A DNA stretch of 64,000 nt from Candidatus Multivoradales bacterium (GCA_965248055.1 CBDFIJ010000004.1:1856001-1920000); one strand, 5' to 3'. Counted from the stretch's first letter, positions 19,087 to 29,941 are shown. Numbers and translations are program-made. The notes: generated by a model not told the origin, from the letters alone.

Positions 19087-20463
19087 ATGTGCGGAATCTT
19101 CGGTATGGAAGGGTCGCTCGACGCGGCCAATCTCACCTACCTGGGTCTCTATGCCTTGCAACACCGCGGGCAGGAAAGCGCTGGCATCGCCTCTGCCTCG
19201 TTCGACGGCGTGCATGTCGAGCGAGGTATGGGTCAAGTGGCGGACATCTTCGATCGAACCACCTTGCAGCGCCTACCTGGAATTCGAGCTGCCGGCCACA
19301 CTCGTTACTCCACTGCAGGGGTCAGCGCGCTAGAGAACGCTCAGCCGATCAAGGTGCGGACCTCGATGGGAGAATTGGCAATTGTGCATAACGGCAATCT
19401 GACCAATGCAGCGGAATTACGTACCAAGCTTGAGGTCGAGGGTGCAATTTTCCAAACCACCAGCGACACCGAGGTTATCCTCCACTTGATGGCCCGGGAC
19501 CCACAGCCGAGGGTGGTTGATTCGTTGCGGGCGGCTCTGCGTAAGGTTCGAGGAGCCTATTCACTTCTACTGCTGAGCGAGAAGGCACTGTTTGCCGCCC
19601 GTGATCCCAATGGCTTTCGGCCACTGGTCATGGGACGCGCTGCCGAAGGATTATGTTTTTCCTCTGAGACATGTGCCTTCGACTTGTTGGACGCAACCGT
19701 CGAACGACAGGTGAATCCTGGCGAGGTTGTGCGTATCGCGGGAGAGAAAGTCGATAGCTTTGCCATCGACCTACCCGCTCGCGCTACGACGCCGTGCCTC
19801 TTTGAGCAGGTCTACTTTTCTCGACCCGACAGTTTGGTTGAAGGCGGGTGTGTCGGCGATGTTCGCCTGGAAATGGGTGCACGGCTCGCCCGCGAGGCTC
19901 CGATCGAAGCGGACTTGGTGGTTGCCGTCCCTGACAGTGGACTGTTCGCAGCAATGGGGTACTCGCGCGAAAGTGGCTTGCCGTTTGAACTGGGTCTGAT
20001 CCGTAATCACTACGTAGGCCGCACTTTCATCGAGCCCAAACAATCGATCCGCCACTTTGGGGTCAAGGTCAAGTTGAACCCCGTACGTTCCTTGATCGAA
20101 GGCAAGCGGGTGGTGATGGTCGATGACTCGATTGTTCGAGGAACCACTTCCCCCAAGATCGTCAAGATGTTGCGTAACACTGGTGCAAAGGAAGTCCACG
20201 TGCGAATTTCTTGCCCACCGACCACCAATCCGTGCTTCTACGGCATCAACATGCCCACCCGCGAAGAACTGATCGCTTCCAGTCGTTCGGTGGAGGAGAT
20301 TCGCCATTTCATCGGCGCCGATAGCCTTGCCTACTTGTCGTTGGATGGACTCAAGCAAACCACCGGGAAGAACGGGTCTTGCGTCGCCTGTTGGAGCGGG
20401 GAGTATCCGGTGCAGGTGACCGGTGGTAAACAAAAAGAACCCCTCCACACAGGGGCTCCATGA
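19087..20463 (+). CDS. purF: Amidophosphoribosyltransferase
   Basis: MCGIFG, LQHRGQES, HTRYST, VDDSIVRGTT. Confidence 0.97.
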   Translation: MCGIFGMEGSLDAANLTYLGLYALQHRGQESAGIASASFDGVHVERGMGQVADIFDRTTLQRLPGIRAAGHTRYSTAGVSALENAQPIKVRTSMGELAIVHNGNLTNAAELRTKLEVEGAIFQTTSDTEVILHLMARDPQPRVVDSLRAALRKVRGAYSLLLLSEKALFAARDPNGFRPLVMGRAAEGLCFSSETCAFDLLDATVERQVNPGEVVRIAGEKVDSFAIDLPARATTPCLFEQVYFSRPDSLVEGGCVGDVRLEMGARLAREAPIEADLVVAVPDSGLFAAMGYSRESGLPFELGLIRNHYVGRTFIEPKQSIRHFGVKVKLNPVRSLIEGKRVVMVDDSIVRGTTSPKIVKMLRNTGAKEVHVRISCPPTTNPCFYGINMPTREELIASSRSVEEIRHFIGADSLAYLSLDGLKQTTGKNGSCVACWSGEYPVQVTGGKQKEPLHTGAP

Positions 20464-21497
20464 CCTCAGACGCTTACGCTGATGCTGGGGTCGATATCGA
20501 CGCTCAGGACCAAGCTCTGGAGCGAATTAAGAAGCACGTCAAATCGACCAATACCCCCAACGTCCTGTCGGGGGTCGGGAGTTTCGGCGGATTGTTCGTC
20601 CCGGACCTCGAAGGCTACAGCCAGCCGGTCTTGGTTTCCTCGGTAGATGGGGTCGGGACAAAACTAGAAGTCGCCAAACGCGTTGGTGATTATTCTACGG
20701 TCGGCATTGACTTGGTTAACCATTGTGTTAATGATATTCTAGTGCAAGGCGCCAAGCCGCTATTTTTCCTGGATTACGTCGGGACTGGCAAGCTAGAACC
20801 GGAGGCGATGGAGCAGTTGGTCGCTGGCGTCGCCACTGCCTGCCGGGACAACGGCATAGCTTTGCTGGGAGGTGAAACCGCGGAAATGCCCGGCTATTAC
20901 CAACCCGGCGACTACGAACTGGTTGGCTTTGTTGTTGGCATTGTTGATCGTTCACGGCTGCTAGATGGTTCACGGGTCGCCGAAGGAGACCTGTTGATTG
21001 GGCTACCCTCTACCGGTCTACACACCAACGGCTATTCCTTGGCTCGGAAAGTATTTTTTGATGTCCTTAATTTGCACACCTCGGACCTCTTTCCACAAGC
21101 CACAGACGAACGCACCGTTGGCGAGGTTCTTTTGGCTCCCCACCGGAGCTATTTGCCTACGCTGTCTCCATTTTTGGCCGATTCCGCGCTCCACGGCCTC
21201 GCGCATATCACCGGGGGAGGACTGATCGACAATCTTCCACGGATTTTCCCGGCGGGCCTAGGGGCGGAAATCGACCTGGCAAGCTGGACCCCAACCCCGA
21301 TCTTTCAGATTCTCTCTAAGGCCGGTGAAGTCTCCCAGGATGAGATGTTTCGGGTCTTCAACATGGGTGTGGGGATGGTGGCGGTGGTTGACCCAGATTC
21401 CGTTGGTTCGGTGCTCGGCAAGCTGCGCCAGCAGGAGGAGCAAGCGTGGGTACTGGGCCGAATCATCTCCGGTGACGGGGTCACTCTGAGCCGGTGA
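20460..21497 (+). CDS. purM: Phosphoribosylformylglycinamidine cyclo-ligase
   Basis: YADAGVDI, DGVGTK, GGETAEMPG, GLHTNGYSL, HITGGG. Confidence 0.97.
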   Translation: MTSDAYADAGVDIDAQDQALERIKKHVKSTNTPNVLSGVGSFGGLFVPDLEGYSQPVLVSSVDGVGTKLEVAKRVGDYSTVGIDLVNHCVNDILVQGAKPLFFLDYVGTGKLEPEAMEQLVAGVATACRDNGIALLGGETAEMPGYYQPGDYELVGFVVGIVDRSRLLDGSRVAEGDLLIGLPSTGLHTNGYSLARKVFFDVLNLHTSDLFPQATDERTVGEVLLAPHRSYLPTLSPFLADSALHGLAHITGGGLIDNLPRIFPAGLGAEIDLASWTPTPIFQILSKAGEVSQDEMFRVFNMGVGMVAVVDPDSVGSVLGKLRQQEEQAWVLGRIISGDGVTLSR

Positions 21498-21555
21498 GCA
21501 CCTCGACTCGACTCTTATCTGTGAGATCAAGCGGCCTGACTAGCTCAAGGTTGCC

Positions 21556-22164
21556 ATGACTCGCATTGCTATTTTGCTCTCCGGCCGAGGTTCCAACTTC
21601 GTCGCCTTGGCAGAGGCGATCGACCGGGGAGAACTCACCGCCGAGATAGCCCTGGTGGTGTCGAACACCTGCAATGCGCTGGGAATACTGGAAGCCAAAC
21701 GAAGAGGTCTCAAGACAGTCGAAATCCCACATCGGTCGGAGCCGTCCAGGGCCAGTCATGAAACCAAGGTCTTGCGGGTACTGGAGGCCGCTGAGGTCGA
21801 GTGGGTTTGTTTGGCCGGCTATATGCGCAAGTTGTCCAAGGAATTCGTCGCCCGATACCCGCTACGGATTCTCAATATTCACCCTAGCCTTCTTCCTGCG
21901 TTTCCGGGGCTCCAGGTCCATGAACAGACCCTGGAGCACGGCGTCAAGATTTCCGGATGCACGGTACATTTTGTCAACGACGGGCTCGACAGCGGGCCGA
22001 TCGTGATGCAACGTTCGGTGGAAGTCTTGGACACGGATACGCCAGAAACGCTGGCTGCGCGCATTTTGGAGCAAGAGCATCTGGCTTACCCGCGCGCCCT
22101 GGCAAAGCTGTTGACAGAGCCCTGGTCGGCTAACGGTCGCCGGGTGGAATTCGCCAGCGCCTAG
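21556..22164 (+). CDS. purN: Phosphoribosylglycinamide formyltransferase
   Basis: SGRGSN, LAGYMR, LNIHPSLLP, GCTVHFV..LDSGPI. Confidence 0.97.
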   Translation: MTRIAILLSGRGSNFVALAEAIDRGELTAEIALVVSNTCNALGILEAKRRGLKTVEIPHRSEPSRASHETKVLRVLEAAEVEWVCLAGYMRKLSKEFVARYPLRILNIHPSLLPAFPGLQVHEQTLEHGVKISGCTVHFVNDGLDSGPIVMQRSVEVLDTDTPETLAARILEQEHLAYPRALAKLLTEPWSANGRRVEFASA

Positions 22165-22249
22165 GCCAACCGGACGCTGGCGACGATCAACGGCGAGCCG
22201 GGAAAAAAGGCCCGACGGAAACCGTGGGACCCTTCTGGGAATTCATTGG

Positions 22250-22385
22250 GTAGCCAACAACCTACATCAACGCCGAGCTTCTCCATTATCTCAACCGTCA
22301 GGCCACCCTGAGGTAAACCGCTCTCTGCTTGGTAGGAGTTGACCGCAGATATGGTCTCCCGACCCAGCTCGCCATCGGTGTTGGC
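22250..22385 (-). pseudogene. Remnant of a peptidoglycan-binding (PG_binding_1) domain
   Basis: Minus strand reads TDGELGRETISAVNSYQAESGLPQGGLTVEIMEKLGV; no credible start. Confidence 0.5.
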
Positions 22386-22539
22386 CCGAGTCGGAGGGCC
22401 ACTCCTTCGGACCACTGTTGTCGGTGCCGTCTCTATTCACAACCAGCAATTGCTCAGTGGTTGCTGACGCTCCCTGAATAACGATTGGGGCGCCACGTTT
22501 TGAATCGAAAAGTGTCCCCTTTTCACTGCTATCGCACCG

Positions 22540-23520
22540 GTGTTCCGTTACCATTGCTCGGTGTTCGCCGAACAAAATATTTCCAACCGCAATCACCCTT
22601 CAGTCTGCGCCATCGTTCTCAACTACAACGGCAAGGACGTAACGCGAAAAACCCTGGCGAGTTTGGTCCAAGTCGACTACCCGGCAATGAAGATCGTGGT
22701 GGTCGACAACGGGTCTGACGATGGTTCGCGGCAGGCCGTGGAGCAGGCGTATCCCGAGATCCAGCAGTTGCGCAAGCAAATCAACGAAGGGGTGGCGGCG
22801 GGGATGAACGTCGGCATCGAACACGCCCTAAAACACGGTTTTGACTATCTACTGATTCTCAATAATGACATCGAGGTAACCCCGGACATGGTCACTCGGC
22901 TGGTCGAAGAGTTGGAACATCGACCGCAGTTTGGCTGCGCCGGCCCCAAGTGCTACTACTACTGGGATCGAGACAGGATCTGGTCCGCTGGAGGGTTCCT
23001 CCGGTTCCGCGAAGCGATCACCCAAGAACGGGGCATGGGGGAAATCGATCAAGGTCAGTTTGATCGAACCGAAGAAGTCGATTACATCAACGGCTGCGCG
23101 ATCTTGATTTCTCGCCAAGTGATGGTTGAGGTCGGGCCAATGGATCCCTCCTATGTGGTCGGAGTGGAAGATGCGGATTGGTGTGCGCGGATGAAAAAAG
23201 CGGGATACCGATGTTTGTATGTCGCCAATGCTCAACTGTGGCACATGGTGTCGCACACGACCGGTGGCTACAAGTCAGGTAAAACCTTTCAAACCGGGCG
23301 CTCAACTGCAATTTTTGTCCGGCGCCACGGTTCTACGATCCAGAAACTGCAGTTCTGGTTGTTTGCCATCGCCGCCATTCCGATCGCGTTCGTGCGCGAA
23401 CTACCACAGCGAAATCATCGAGCCGCACTGGCCAAGGCACGGGGCTATTGGTCCGGGTGGCGGACCCCTTTGTTGCCAACCCCAACCATCCGCCAGTTCT
23501 CGTCAAAGAACGACAATTGA
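22540..23520 (+). CDS. Glycosyltransferase family 2
   Basis: IVLNYNG, VVDNGSDD, LNND and EDADWC; start uncertain. Confidence 0.9.
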   Translation: MFRYHCSVFAEQNISNRNHPSVCAIVLNYNGKDVTRKTLASLVQVDYPAMKIVVVDNGSDDGSRQAVEQAYPEIQQLRKQINEGVAAGMNVGIEHALKHGFDYLLILNNDIEVTPDMVTRLVEELEHRPQFGCAGPKCYYYWDRDRIWSAGGFLRFREAITQERGMGEIDQGQFDRTEEVDYINGCAILISRQVMVEVGPMDPSYVVGVEDADWCARMKKAGYRCLYVANAQLWHMVSHTTGGYKSGKTFQTGRSTAIFVRRHGSTIQKLQFWLFAIAAIPIAFVRELPQRNHRAALAKARGYWSGWRTPLLPTPTIRQFSSKNDN

Positions 23521-23636
23521 CCTAGAGGGTACCTCAACAATCAAAAAAACATCGCCCTAGGTGGGCAGGTAGCTTGACAGCCCTTCACCTCGGGAACAAA
23601 CTGACCTTGTAGAAAGTCTCCTAATTAAGGAGGGGA

Positions 23637-24821
23637 GTGCGTATGAATTCTTGGACCAACCGTATTATCTCAACCTGTCTCGTGACTTTCTTGGTTGTCG
23701 CCTGTGGTGGTGACGACGGCGTCAAGTTTGGTGCTGTTATCCCTGAAACCGGCGAGGCTGCAGTCTACGGTCACTCGATTCGCAAGGGTGCCGAACTGGC
23801 GATGGAACACATCCAGTCAGAAAGTAAGCGGGCAATTACCTTAACCGTAGTCGACTCTGGTTCCGATCCCGAGCAGGCCGCCGAGGCTGCCAAGCAACTT
23901 TTTAAAGATGGCGCATTGGCTTTGTTGGGCGGGATTACCAGCGCCGAAGCACTGAAAATGATCGAAGTTATCGATCGCCGGGACCGCGTCTTGTTGTCCC
24001 CAAGTGCCTCCTCGCCCGACCTTACTGGCGCCTCGATCAATTTCTTTCGGGTCTTCTTTTCGGACTTTACCGAAGGCGTCAAGATGGGCAACTTTGCGGC
24101 CATCAAAGCCAACATCGACTCGGTGGTGATCATTGCCAAGCAACAGTCCTACGCCAAAGGCGTACAGGACGTTTTTCGCCAAGAATTCGAACGCCAAGAG
24201 GGTGAAGTTCTGGAGACTATCGAGGTTCCGGAAGGAACCGCAGATTTCTCTGGAGTTGTTGAGCGCGTTAATACCCTCAACCCGACCGCTGTTTTCGTTG
24301 CTGGCTACGCCCAGGATATCGCCAGCGTCATCGTTGCTCTCCACGAGTCGGGCTACCAAGGCCGCGTTTTGACCACCCACGCATTCGCTTCTGGCGAGAT
24401 CCTTGCTCAAGCGGGAGAAGCCGCCGAAGGAACTCTCTTGACGCTTCCGTTGTTTGACGCCAATAGCGAAGAAGAGCCGGTCAAGTCGTTTGCTGAGAAA
24501 TTTCACGCCAAGTACGACCAAGCCCCCGATGTCTGGGCGGCCCATGGCTACGACGCGATGATGATCTTGTATCAAGCCCTGCCGGAGAAAATGCGCACCA
24601 CATCAGACTTCTGGAGCGGAATGCGACAGATTGACGACTACCCTGGCGTCACCGGGGCGATCCGCTTTGACGAAAAGGGCGATGTCGGTCGTTTTCCGCG
24701 CGTCTTCGAGGTCTCCAACGGCGAGCTGGTAGACCACGAAGCTGAGGTCGATCGGCAACTTGAAGATCTGAAGGCACAGTTGCGGAAAATTCAAGACCGA
24801 AAACTTCGCGCGATCAATTAG
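23637..24821 (+). CDS. Periplasmic binding protein type 1 (LivJ/branched-chain amino-acid-like) lipoprotein
   Basis: LVVAC lipobox, LSPSASSPDLT..NFFRV, AHGYDA, GVTGAIRFD. Confidence 0.85.
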   Translation: MRMNSWTNRIISTCLVTFLVVACGGDDGVKFGAVIPETGEAAVYGHSIRKGAELAMEHIQSESKRAITLTVVDSGSDPEQAAEAAKQLFKDGALALLGGITSAEALKMIEVIDRRDRVLLSPSASSPDLTGASINFFRVFFSDFTEGVKMGNFAAIKANIDSVVIIAKQQSYAKGVQDVFRQEFERQEGEVLETIEVPEGTADFSGVVERVNTLNPTAVFVAGYAQDIASVIVALHESGYQGRVLTTHAFASGEILAQAGEAAEGTLLTLPLFDANSEEEPVKSFAEKFHAKYDQAPDVWAAHGYDAMMILYQALPEKMRTTSDFWSGMRQIDDYPGVTGAIRFDEKGDVGRFPRVFEVSNGELVDHEAEVDRQLEDLKAQLRKIQDRKLRAIN

Positions 24822-24867
24822 TCGCTCTAGATCAACGATCATCACTGCGGAGATACGCGTCTAGCTA

Positions 24868-25671
24868 ATGTTCGCCATCGCCGCTACTTTGATTCGTCAC
24901 CGCAGTTTGCTGTCGACGCTGGTCGCCCGTGAGCTTAAGGCCCGCTATCGCGGCTCAGTGCTCGGGTTTTTCTGGTCCCTAGTCAACCCTTTATTGCTGC
25001 TTGGAGTCTACAGCCTAGTATTTGGCTACATTCTTCCGAATCGCGCTCTAGAGGTTCAGCCCTACAGTGTGTTCTTGGTTTGCGGTCTGTTTGCATGGAT
25101 TTGGACCAACACCTCGGTGATTGACGGCACTATGTCCTTGATCTCCAACGCTGGCTTGATTCGCAAGGCGGCATTCCCGGTCGCGGTGTTGCCAGCCGTC
25201 CCAGTTCTCGCCAACTTGGTGCACTTCTTGTTCTCGTTGCCGATCGCAGCCGGAGCCCTAGTTGTCGCCAGGGGAATGGGTAACCCGGTGAGCGGATGGA
25301 CGGTTCTTTTGGTTCCACTGGTGATCGTGGTTCAGTTCTTTCTGATCTTGGGGTTCGCCCTCGGGTTTGCCGCGCTCCATGTGCACTTCAAAGACATTCG
25401 GGATCTGCTGGTCAATCTTTTTCAGTTGCTGTTCTTTCTCACCCCGATCCTCTATCCGCTGTCGATGATCGATTATCCGATGGTGCGCAAGCTGATCACT
25501 TGGGTCAACCCCTTCACCCCGTTTGCCATCGCCTACCAAGACTTAATGTTCTTTGGGCGCATACCCACGGCTGCCACTTGGATTCCGGGCGTGCTGTGGG
25601 CGGTGGTCGCGTTCGCGATTGGCAGTTGGATCTTTTCTCGCCTCTCTCCGGGGATGGCTGAGTCGGTATGA
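24868..25671 (+). CDS. wzm: ABC-2 polysaccharide export permease
   Basis: RELKARYRGSVLGFFWSLVNPL, FFLTPILYP, NPFTP. Confidence 0.88.
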   Translation: MFAIAATLIRHRSLLSTLVARELKARYRGSVLGFFWSLVNPLLLLGVYSLVFGYILPNRALEVQPYSVFLVCGLFAWIWTNTSVIDGTMSLISNAGLIRKAAFPVAVLPAVPVLANLVHFLFSLPIAAGALVVARGMGNPVSGWTVLLVPLVIVVQFFLILGFALGFAALHVHFKDIRDLLVNLFQLLFFLTPILYPLSMIDYPMVRKLITWVNPFTPFAIAYQDLMFFGRIPTAATWIPGVLWAVVAFAIGSWIFSRLSPGMAESV

Positions 25672-26987
25672 CCGACGCGATCCAGGTTCACGGACTGTCG
25701 AAACGTTACCGCAGGGTCTCTGCAGGATTTCGCTTTCGCACCCTCAAGAGCGCTCTCTTGGACCTCAATTTGACCACTGGACTCGGCGACCAGGACATCA
25801 TTGCAGCACTGGAAGACGTTACCTTCACCATCGAAGCCGGTGAATCGTTCGGCATTATCGGCGGCAACGGTTCGGGTAAATCGACTCTTCTCAAGTGCCT
25901 CGCAAAGATCCTACAGCCCACTGAAGGAACCGTGTCGATTGATGGTCGGGTGGCGGCGTTGATTGAGTTGGGAGCCGGTTTTCACCCTGAGATCTCTGGG
26001 CGCGAAAATATCTACATCAACGGCGCGATCTTGGGCATGGACCGTAAGGAAGTTACTCGACGGCTTGACGACATCATCGCTTTCTCAGGGCTAGAGGAAT
26101 TCATCGACGAGCCGGTCAAGAACTACTCGTCGGGGATGTATGTCCGGCTCGGGTTTGCCATCGCGATTCACACCGACCCCGACATTTTGTTGGTGGACGA
26201 GGTCCTGGCGGTGGGAGATGAGGCCTTCGGCCACAAATGCCTGGACAAGATCCAGGAGATGTTGGCCGCCAAAAAAACGGTAATCATGGTCAGCCATTCA
26301 CTTGACCTAATCGAAGAGCTGGCCGATCGGGTGATGTGGTTGGATCGCGGGACCGCTCGACTGGTTGGTTCCCCTCGGCATGTGATCGATGCCTACCGCC
26401 AGGAAGTCGCTCGGCAAGAAGAGGAAATCCACCGAGCCGCGAGTGAGCAACGCCAAGAGGAGCTCGAGCACCAGCCAGTTGAAGAGCTTCCAACCGAAAA
26501 AGCGGTTGATTTTTCTGCGGTCGCAGAGGAGCTCGACGAGCCGGACCGTTGGGGCTCGCGGATCGCTGAGATCCACAAAGTCCGGTTGCTAGATGACAAC
26601 AACGTCGAGCGCTTTGGGTTTCGCCGTGGTGATCCGCTGACGGTCGAGATCCACGTCGAGGCCAAGGCGCCACTGGACGACTTTGTTTTCGGCATCGCAG
26701 TTCGACACCCGCGTTTTGTCTGTTGGGGCACCAACACCCATATCCAGGGCATGCGTAGTCAGATGTTTGAAGGTCAGGCCATCGTTCGGGTGGTTTGCCC
26801 GTCGTTTGAATTGGCTGCCGGCACCTACACCCTTGATGTCGCAGTCCATAGTGAGCACGGGGTTCCCTATGACTACCAGCGCCGGGTGCTCGAGTTTCAG
26901 ATTAGTGACAATCTAGGTGGAGAGGGGATCTACGCCCCGCATCATGATTGGCAGTTCGATGGCTCAATCGACTGGAAGCCCACTTAA
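25668..26987 (+). CDS. wzt: ABC polysaccharide export ATPase with Wzt C-terminal domain
   Basis: GGNGSGKST, YSSGMYVRLGF, LLVDEVLAVGD, C-terminal RWGS..Wzt_C domain. Confidence 0.9.
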   Translation: MTDAIQVHGLSKRYRRVSAGFRFRTLKSALLDLNLTTGLGDQDIIAALEDVTFTIEAGESFGIIGGNGSGKSTLLKCLAKILQPTEGTVSIDGRVAALIELGAGFHPEISGRENIYINGAILGMDRKEVTRRLDDIIAFSGLEEFIDEPVKNYSSGMYVRLGFAIAIHTDPDILLVDEVLAVGDEAFGHKCLDKIQEMLAAKKTVIMVSHSLDLIEELADRVMWLDRGTARLVGSPRHVIDAYRQEVARQEEEIHRAASEQRQEELEHQPVEELPTEKAVDFSAVAEELDEPDRWGSRIAEIHKVRLLDDNNVERFGFRRGDPLTVEIHVEAKAPLDDFVFGIAVRHPRFVCWGTNTHIQGMRSQMFEGQAIVRVVCPSFELAAGTYTLDVAVHSEHGVPYDYQRRVLEFQISDNLGGEGIYAPHHDWQFDGSIDWKPT

Positions 26988-27019
26988 GAGGGGACACAAA
27001 CAAAGTATTGTGTCCCCTC
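26988..27019. repeat. REP-like palindrome copy D
   Basis: GAGGGGACACAAACAAAGTATTGTGTCCCCTC immediately after the wzt stop. Confidence 0.85.
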
Positions 27020-27044
27020 CGGATGCAAAGACAAGGAGAACCGC

Positions 27045-27329
27045 GTGGCAGAAGACAAGAAAAATAGTTTGAACATCAAGATTTCCGACGAGGATCTAAA
27101 AGGTCGGTACTCCAACCTGCTACGCATCACTCATACCCGAGAGGAGTTTGTCCTCGACTTCATCAACGTCGTGCCTCCTCAAGCGGTGGTGTCGGCTCGG
27201 ATCGCCACCAGTCCGGGGCATCTCAAGCGGATTATCCATGCTCTGCGGGACAACCTCGATCGCTACGAGGAGCAGTTCGGCACGATTGAACAAGCGGATG
27301 AGCCCTCCGGCAATCCTGAAATCAACTAA
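27045..27329 (+). CDS. DUF3467-family protein
   Basis: GRYSN..ITHTREEFVLDF..SPGHLKR..YEEQFG; AAGGAG RBS. Confidence 0.85.
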   Translation: MAEDKKNSLNIKISDEDLKGRYSNLLRITHTREEFVLDFINVVPPQAVVSARIATSPGHLKRIIHALRDNLDRYEEQFGTIEQADEPSGNPEIN

Positions 27330-27356
27330 CCCGCCCGGATACAAACAGAGCGTTCT

Positions 27357-28403
27357 GTGTCAACGATTCTCATCTACGGTGCCTACGGTTACACCGGCGA
27401 ACTGATCTCTCGCAGGGCTGTCCAACAGGGCCTGGAACCCATCCTCGCCGGTCGTCGGTCGGGACCGCTACGGGCACTCGCCGATGAGTTGGCACTCGAA
27501 TACCGCGTTTTTGGGTTGGATCAAGAGGACGTCTTAGACCAAATGTTGGATCAGGTCGACGTCGTGATCCACAGTGCAGGTCCGTTTCTCTACACCTCCG
27601 AACCGATGGCTTCTGCGTGTCTGCGGACCGCGACACACTATCTCGACATCACTGGAGAAATCGACGTTTTCGAATCGCTCGCCGCGAGAGACTCAGAGGC
27701 TCAAGAGGCCGGAGTGGTGTTGCTGCCCGGGGTTGGCTTTGACGTGGTGCCAACCGATTGCTTGGCGCTCTATCTAAAAGAAAAATTGCCCACTGCAGTA
27801 TCTCTGGAAATGGCCTTCGCCTCCTCAGGAGGAGTGTCCAGGGGAACCGCCAAGACCTCCATTGAACGACTGGGGTCTGGGGGAGCCGTTCGGCGTCGTG
27901 GGCAGATCGTCAACGTTCCTGCTGCCTGGAAGTCCGCCTCGATTCCCTTTTCGATCGGCGCCAAACAAGCGGTCACAATTCCGTGGGGAGACGTGTCGAC
28001 CGCGTACTACACCACCGGAATCGGCAACGTTACGGTCTACGCCGCGGTACCACCACAAATGCGTACCACTATGGTTTGGTCGCGGCGACTGCCATGGTTA
28101 TTTCGCTCCCGGTGGCTGCGCGAACGACTCAAGAAGCAGATTGATCGACGACCACCGGGGCCGGACAAGGAAACTCGAGACCGAGGCCATATGTGGCTCT
28201 GGGGAGGGGTTTCCGATGGAGAGAACAGCATCGAGGCCCAAATGACAACTCCGGAGGGCTACCGATTGACCTCCGAGACCGCGGTAGAGGCCGCCAGACG
28301 GGTTGCCCGGGGATCGGTTGATCCGGGTTTTCGCACTCCGGCCGCCGCTTTTGGTGCCGACTTTATCCTTGGTTTCGACGGCGTTGAGCGTACCGATCGT
28401 TAG
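27357..28403 (+). CDS. Saccharopine dehydrogenase-family oxidoreductase
   Basis: YGAYGYTG, AGPF, HYLDITGE, GVGFDVVPTD. Confidence 0.88.
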   Translation: MSTILIYGAYGYTGELISRRAVQQGLEPILAGRRSGPLRALADELALEYRVFGLDQEDVLDQMLDQVDVVIHSAGPFLYTSEPMASACLRTATHYLDITGEIDVFESLAARDSEAQEAGVVLLPGVGFDVVPTDCLALYLKEKLPTAVSLEMAFASSGGVSRGTAKTSIERLGSGGAVRRRGQIVNVPAAWKSASIPFSIGAKQAVTIPWGDVSTAYYTTGIGNVTVYAAVPPQMRTTMVWSRRLPWLFRSRWLRERLKKQIDRRPPGPDKETRDRGHMWLWGGVSDGENSIEAQMTTPEGYRLTSETAVEAARRVARGSVDPGFRTPAAAFGADFILGFDGVERTDR

Positions 28404-28429
28404 ATCTCTTTGGTGAACAAAGACTGATC

Positions 28430-29830
28430 TTGATGTTCTCTGGGTTTCGATCTGTTGGCTCCGCGATCAACGATCGCGTGCGTCGCTGGTTGCCAGATCC
28501 GTTTGTCTTTGCCTTGGCATTGACGGTCTTGGTGGCGGCCATGGCAATCGCACTGACTCCCACCAAGCCGGTGGAGGTAATGCAGGCCTGGTATCAAGGA
28601 TTCTGGATCTTGCTGGAGTTCGGCATGCAGATGGTGCTGATCTTGGCCACCGGGTATGCCATCGCCCTCTCGCCGGCGGCCAGTGGTCTGGTGGATCGAG
28701 TCGCCAAGCGGGCCAACACACCGACCAGAGTCTACTTCGTCGTCGTTCTAGTCGGCGGACTGCTGTCGCTGATCAGCTGGGGTTGGGTAGTGCTGACCGC
28801 AGTGCTCGGTCGCGAGCTGGCGCAGAGGGTGCGGGGGCTAGATTACGCATTTCTCACTGCCTGCGTTTATGTCTCGGGCCAGCCATGGGTCGGCGGATTT
28901 TCCAGTTCCATTCCTTTGTTGTTGGGCACTGAGAACAACTTCATGGTCGAGCAGGGGGTGCTGTCCTCAACCTTGCCCATCGCCACCACCCTGGGAAGCT
29001 CCGTCAACATTCTCTTCTTAGTTATGTTTTTCACCGTCACTCCGCTGTTGATGACCCTGCTGCAACCCGACTCCTCTCGCGTCCAGGAAATGGAGGCTCT
29101 GACCACGGACGGCAAAGCCGAGCACACGACGGTTGCCGAAGAGGCTGGCGAAGATCGAGAAGACACCCTCTCGGATCGTCTGAATCACAGCCAATGGCTG
29201 TCGCTGGTGGTAGTGCTCGCGGGCTTGGGATATGTCACCTGGCATTTTGCAACCAAAGGTTTCGACCTCAACCTCAATATCATGGTGTTTCTTTTCATCA
29301 TGGTCGGTTTACTGGTCCATCGGACGCCGATGCGCTACGTGGTGGCGATGAAACGCGCCTGCTCGAATATCTCCGGAATTGTCCTCCAGTATCCGTTTTA
29401 CGCAGGAATCATGGGGATCATGATGTTCACTGGGCTGGGCACCGCGATCGCTGGATGGATGGCCGGAGTTGCCAATTTGAACACCTTGCCTTTCTTAGCT
29501 CAACTGAGCGGAGCCGCGGTCAACTTCGCAATTCCGTCAGCGGGCGGTGAGTGGGCGGTGATTGGCCCGTCGCTGGTTGAGGCCAGCCACAACCTCACGG
29601 TCGGGCTGCCCGACACGGTCGCCCAGGGTCATATTGCTCGTATCGCGATGGCCTTCGCTTACGGTGAGACCTCCAGCAATTTGATCCAGCCCTTCTTTTT
29701 CCTGGTGGTGCTTCCGATCATGGGAGCAGGAGTGAAACTGCAAGCCCGCGACGTGATCGGATATCTGGTTATCCCGTTCTTGGTTCTCTTCGCCCTAACC
29801 TCGGTGGTGGTCACCTGGGCGCCGCTATAA
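28430..29830 (+). CDS. atoE: Short-chain fatty acid transporter (AtoE family)
   Basis: RWLPDPFVFA, FGMQMVLIL, LQYPFYAGIMG, IPSAGGEWAV, NLIQPF. Confidence 0.85.
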   Translation: MMFSGFRSVGSAINDRVRRWLPDPFVFALALTVLVAAMAIALTPTKPVEVMQAWYQGFWILLEFGMQMVLILATGYAIALSPAASGLVDRVAKRANTPTRVYFVVVLVGGLLSLISWGWVVLTAVLGRELAQRVRGLDYAFLTACVYVSGQPWVGGFSSSIPLLLGTENNFMVEQGVLSSTLPIATTLGSSVNILFLVMFFTVTPLLMTLLQPDSSRVQEMEALTTDGKAEHTTVAEEAGEDREDTLSDRLNHSQWLSLVVVLAGLGYVTWHFATKGFDLNLNIMVFLFIMVGLLVHRTPMRYVVAMKRACSNISGIVLQYPFYAGIMGIMMFTGLGTAIAGWMAGVANLNTLPFLAQLSGAAVNFAIPSAGGEWAVIGPSLVEASHNLTVGLPDTVAQGHIARIAMAFAYGETSSNLIQPFFFLVVLPIMGAGVKLQARDVIGYLVIPFLVLFALTSVVVTWAPL

Positions 29831-29941
29831 CGATTTCCAGCAATCGCTGCACATTGCGGTCAACAGCACGGCAACTTGATCCCCGTTGCCGGGATAAGCA
29901 AGCACGGGCACGATAAAGTAACCGCTTGAAAGGACTTCCAT

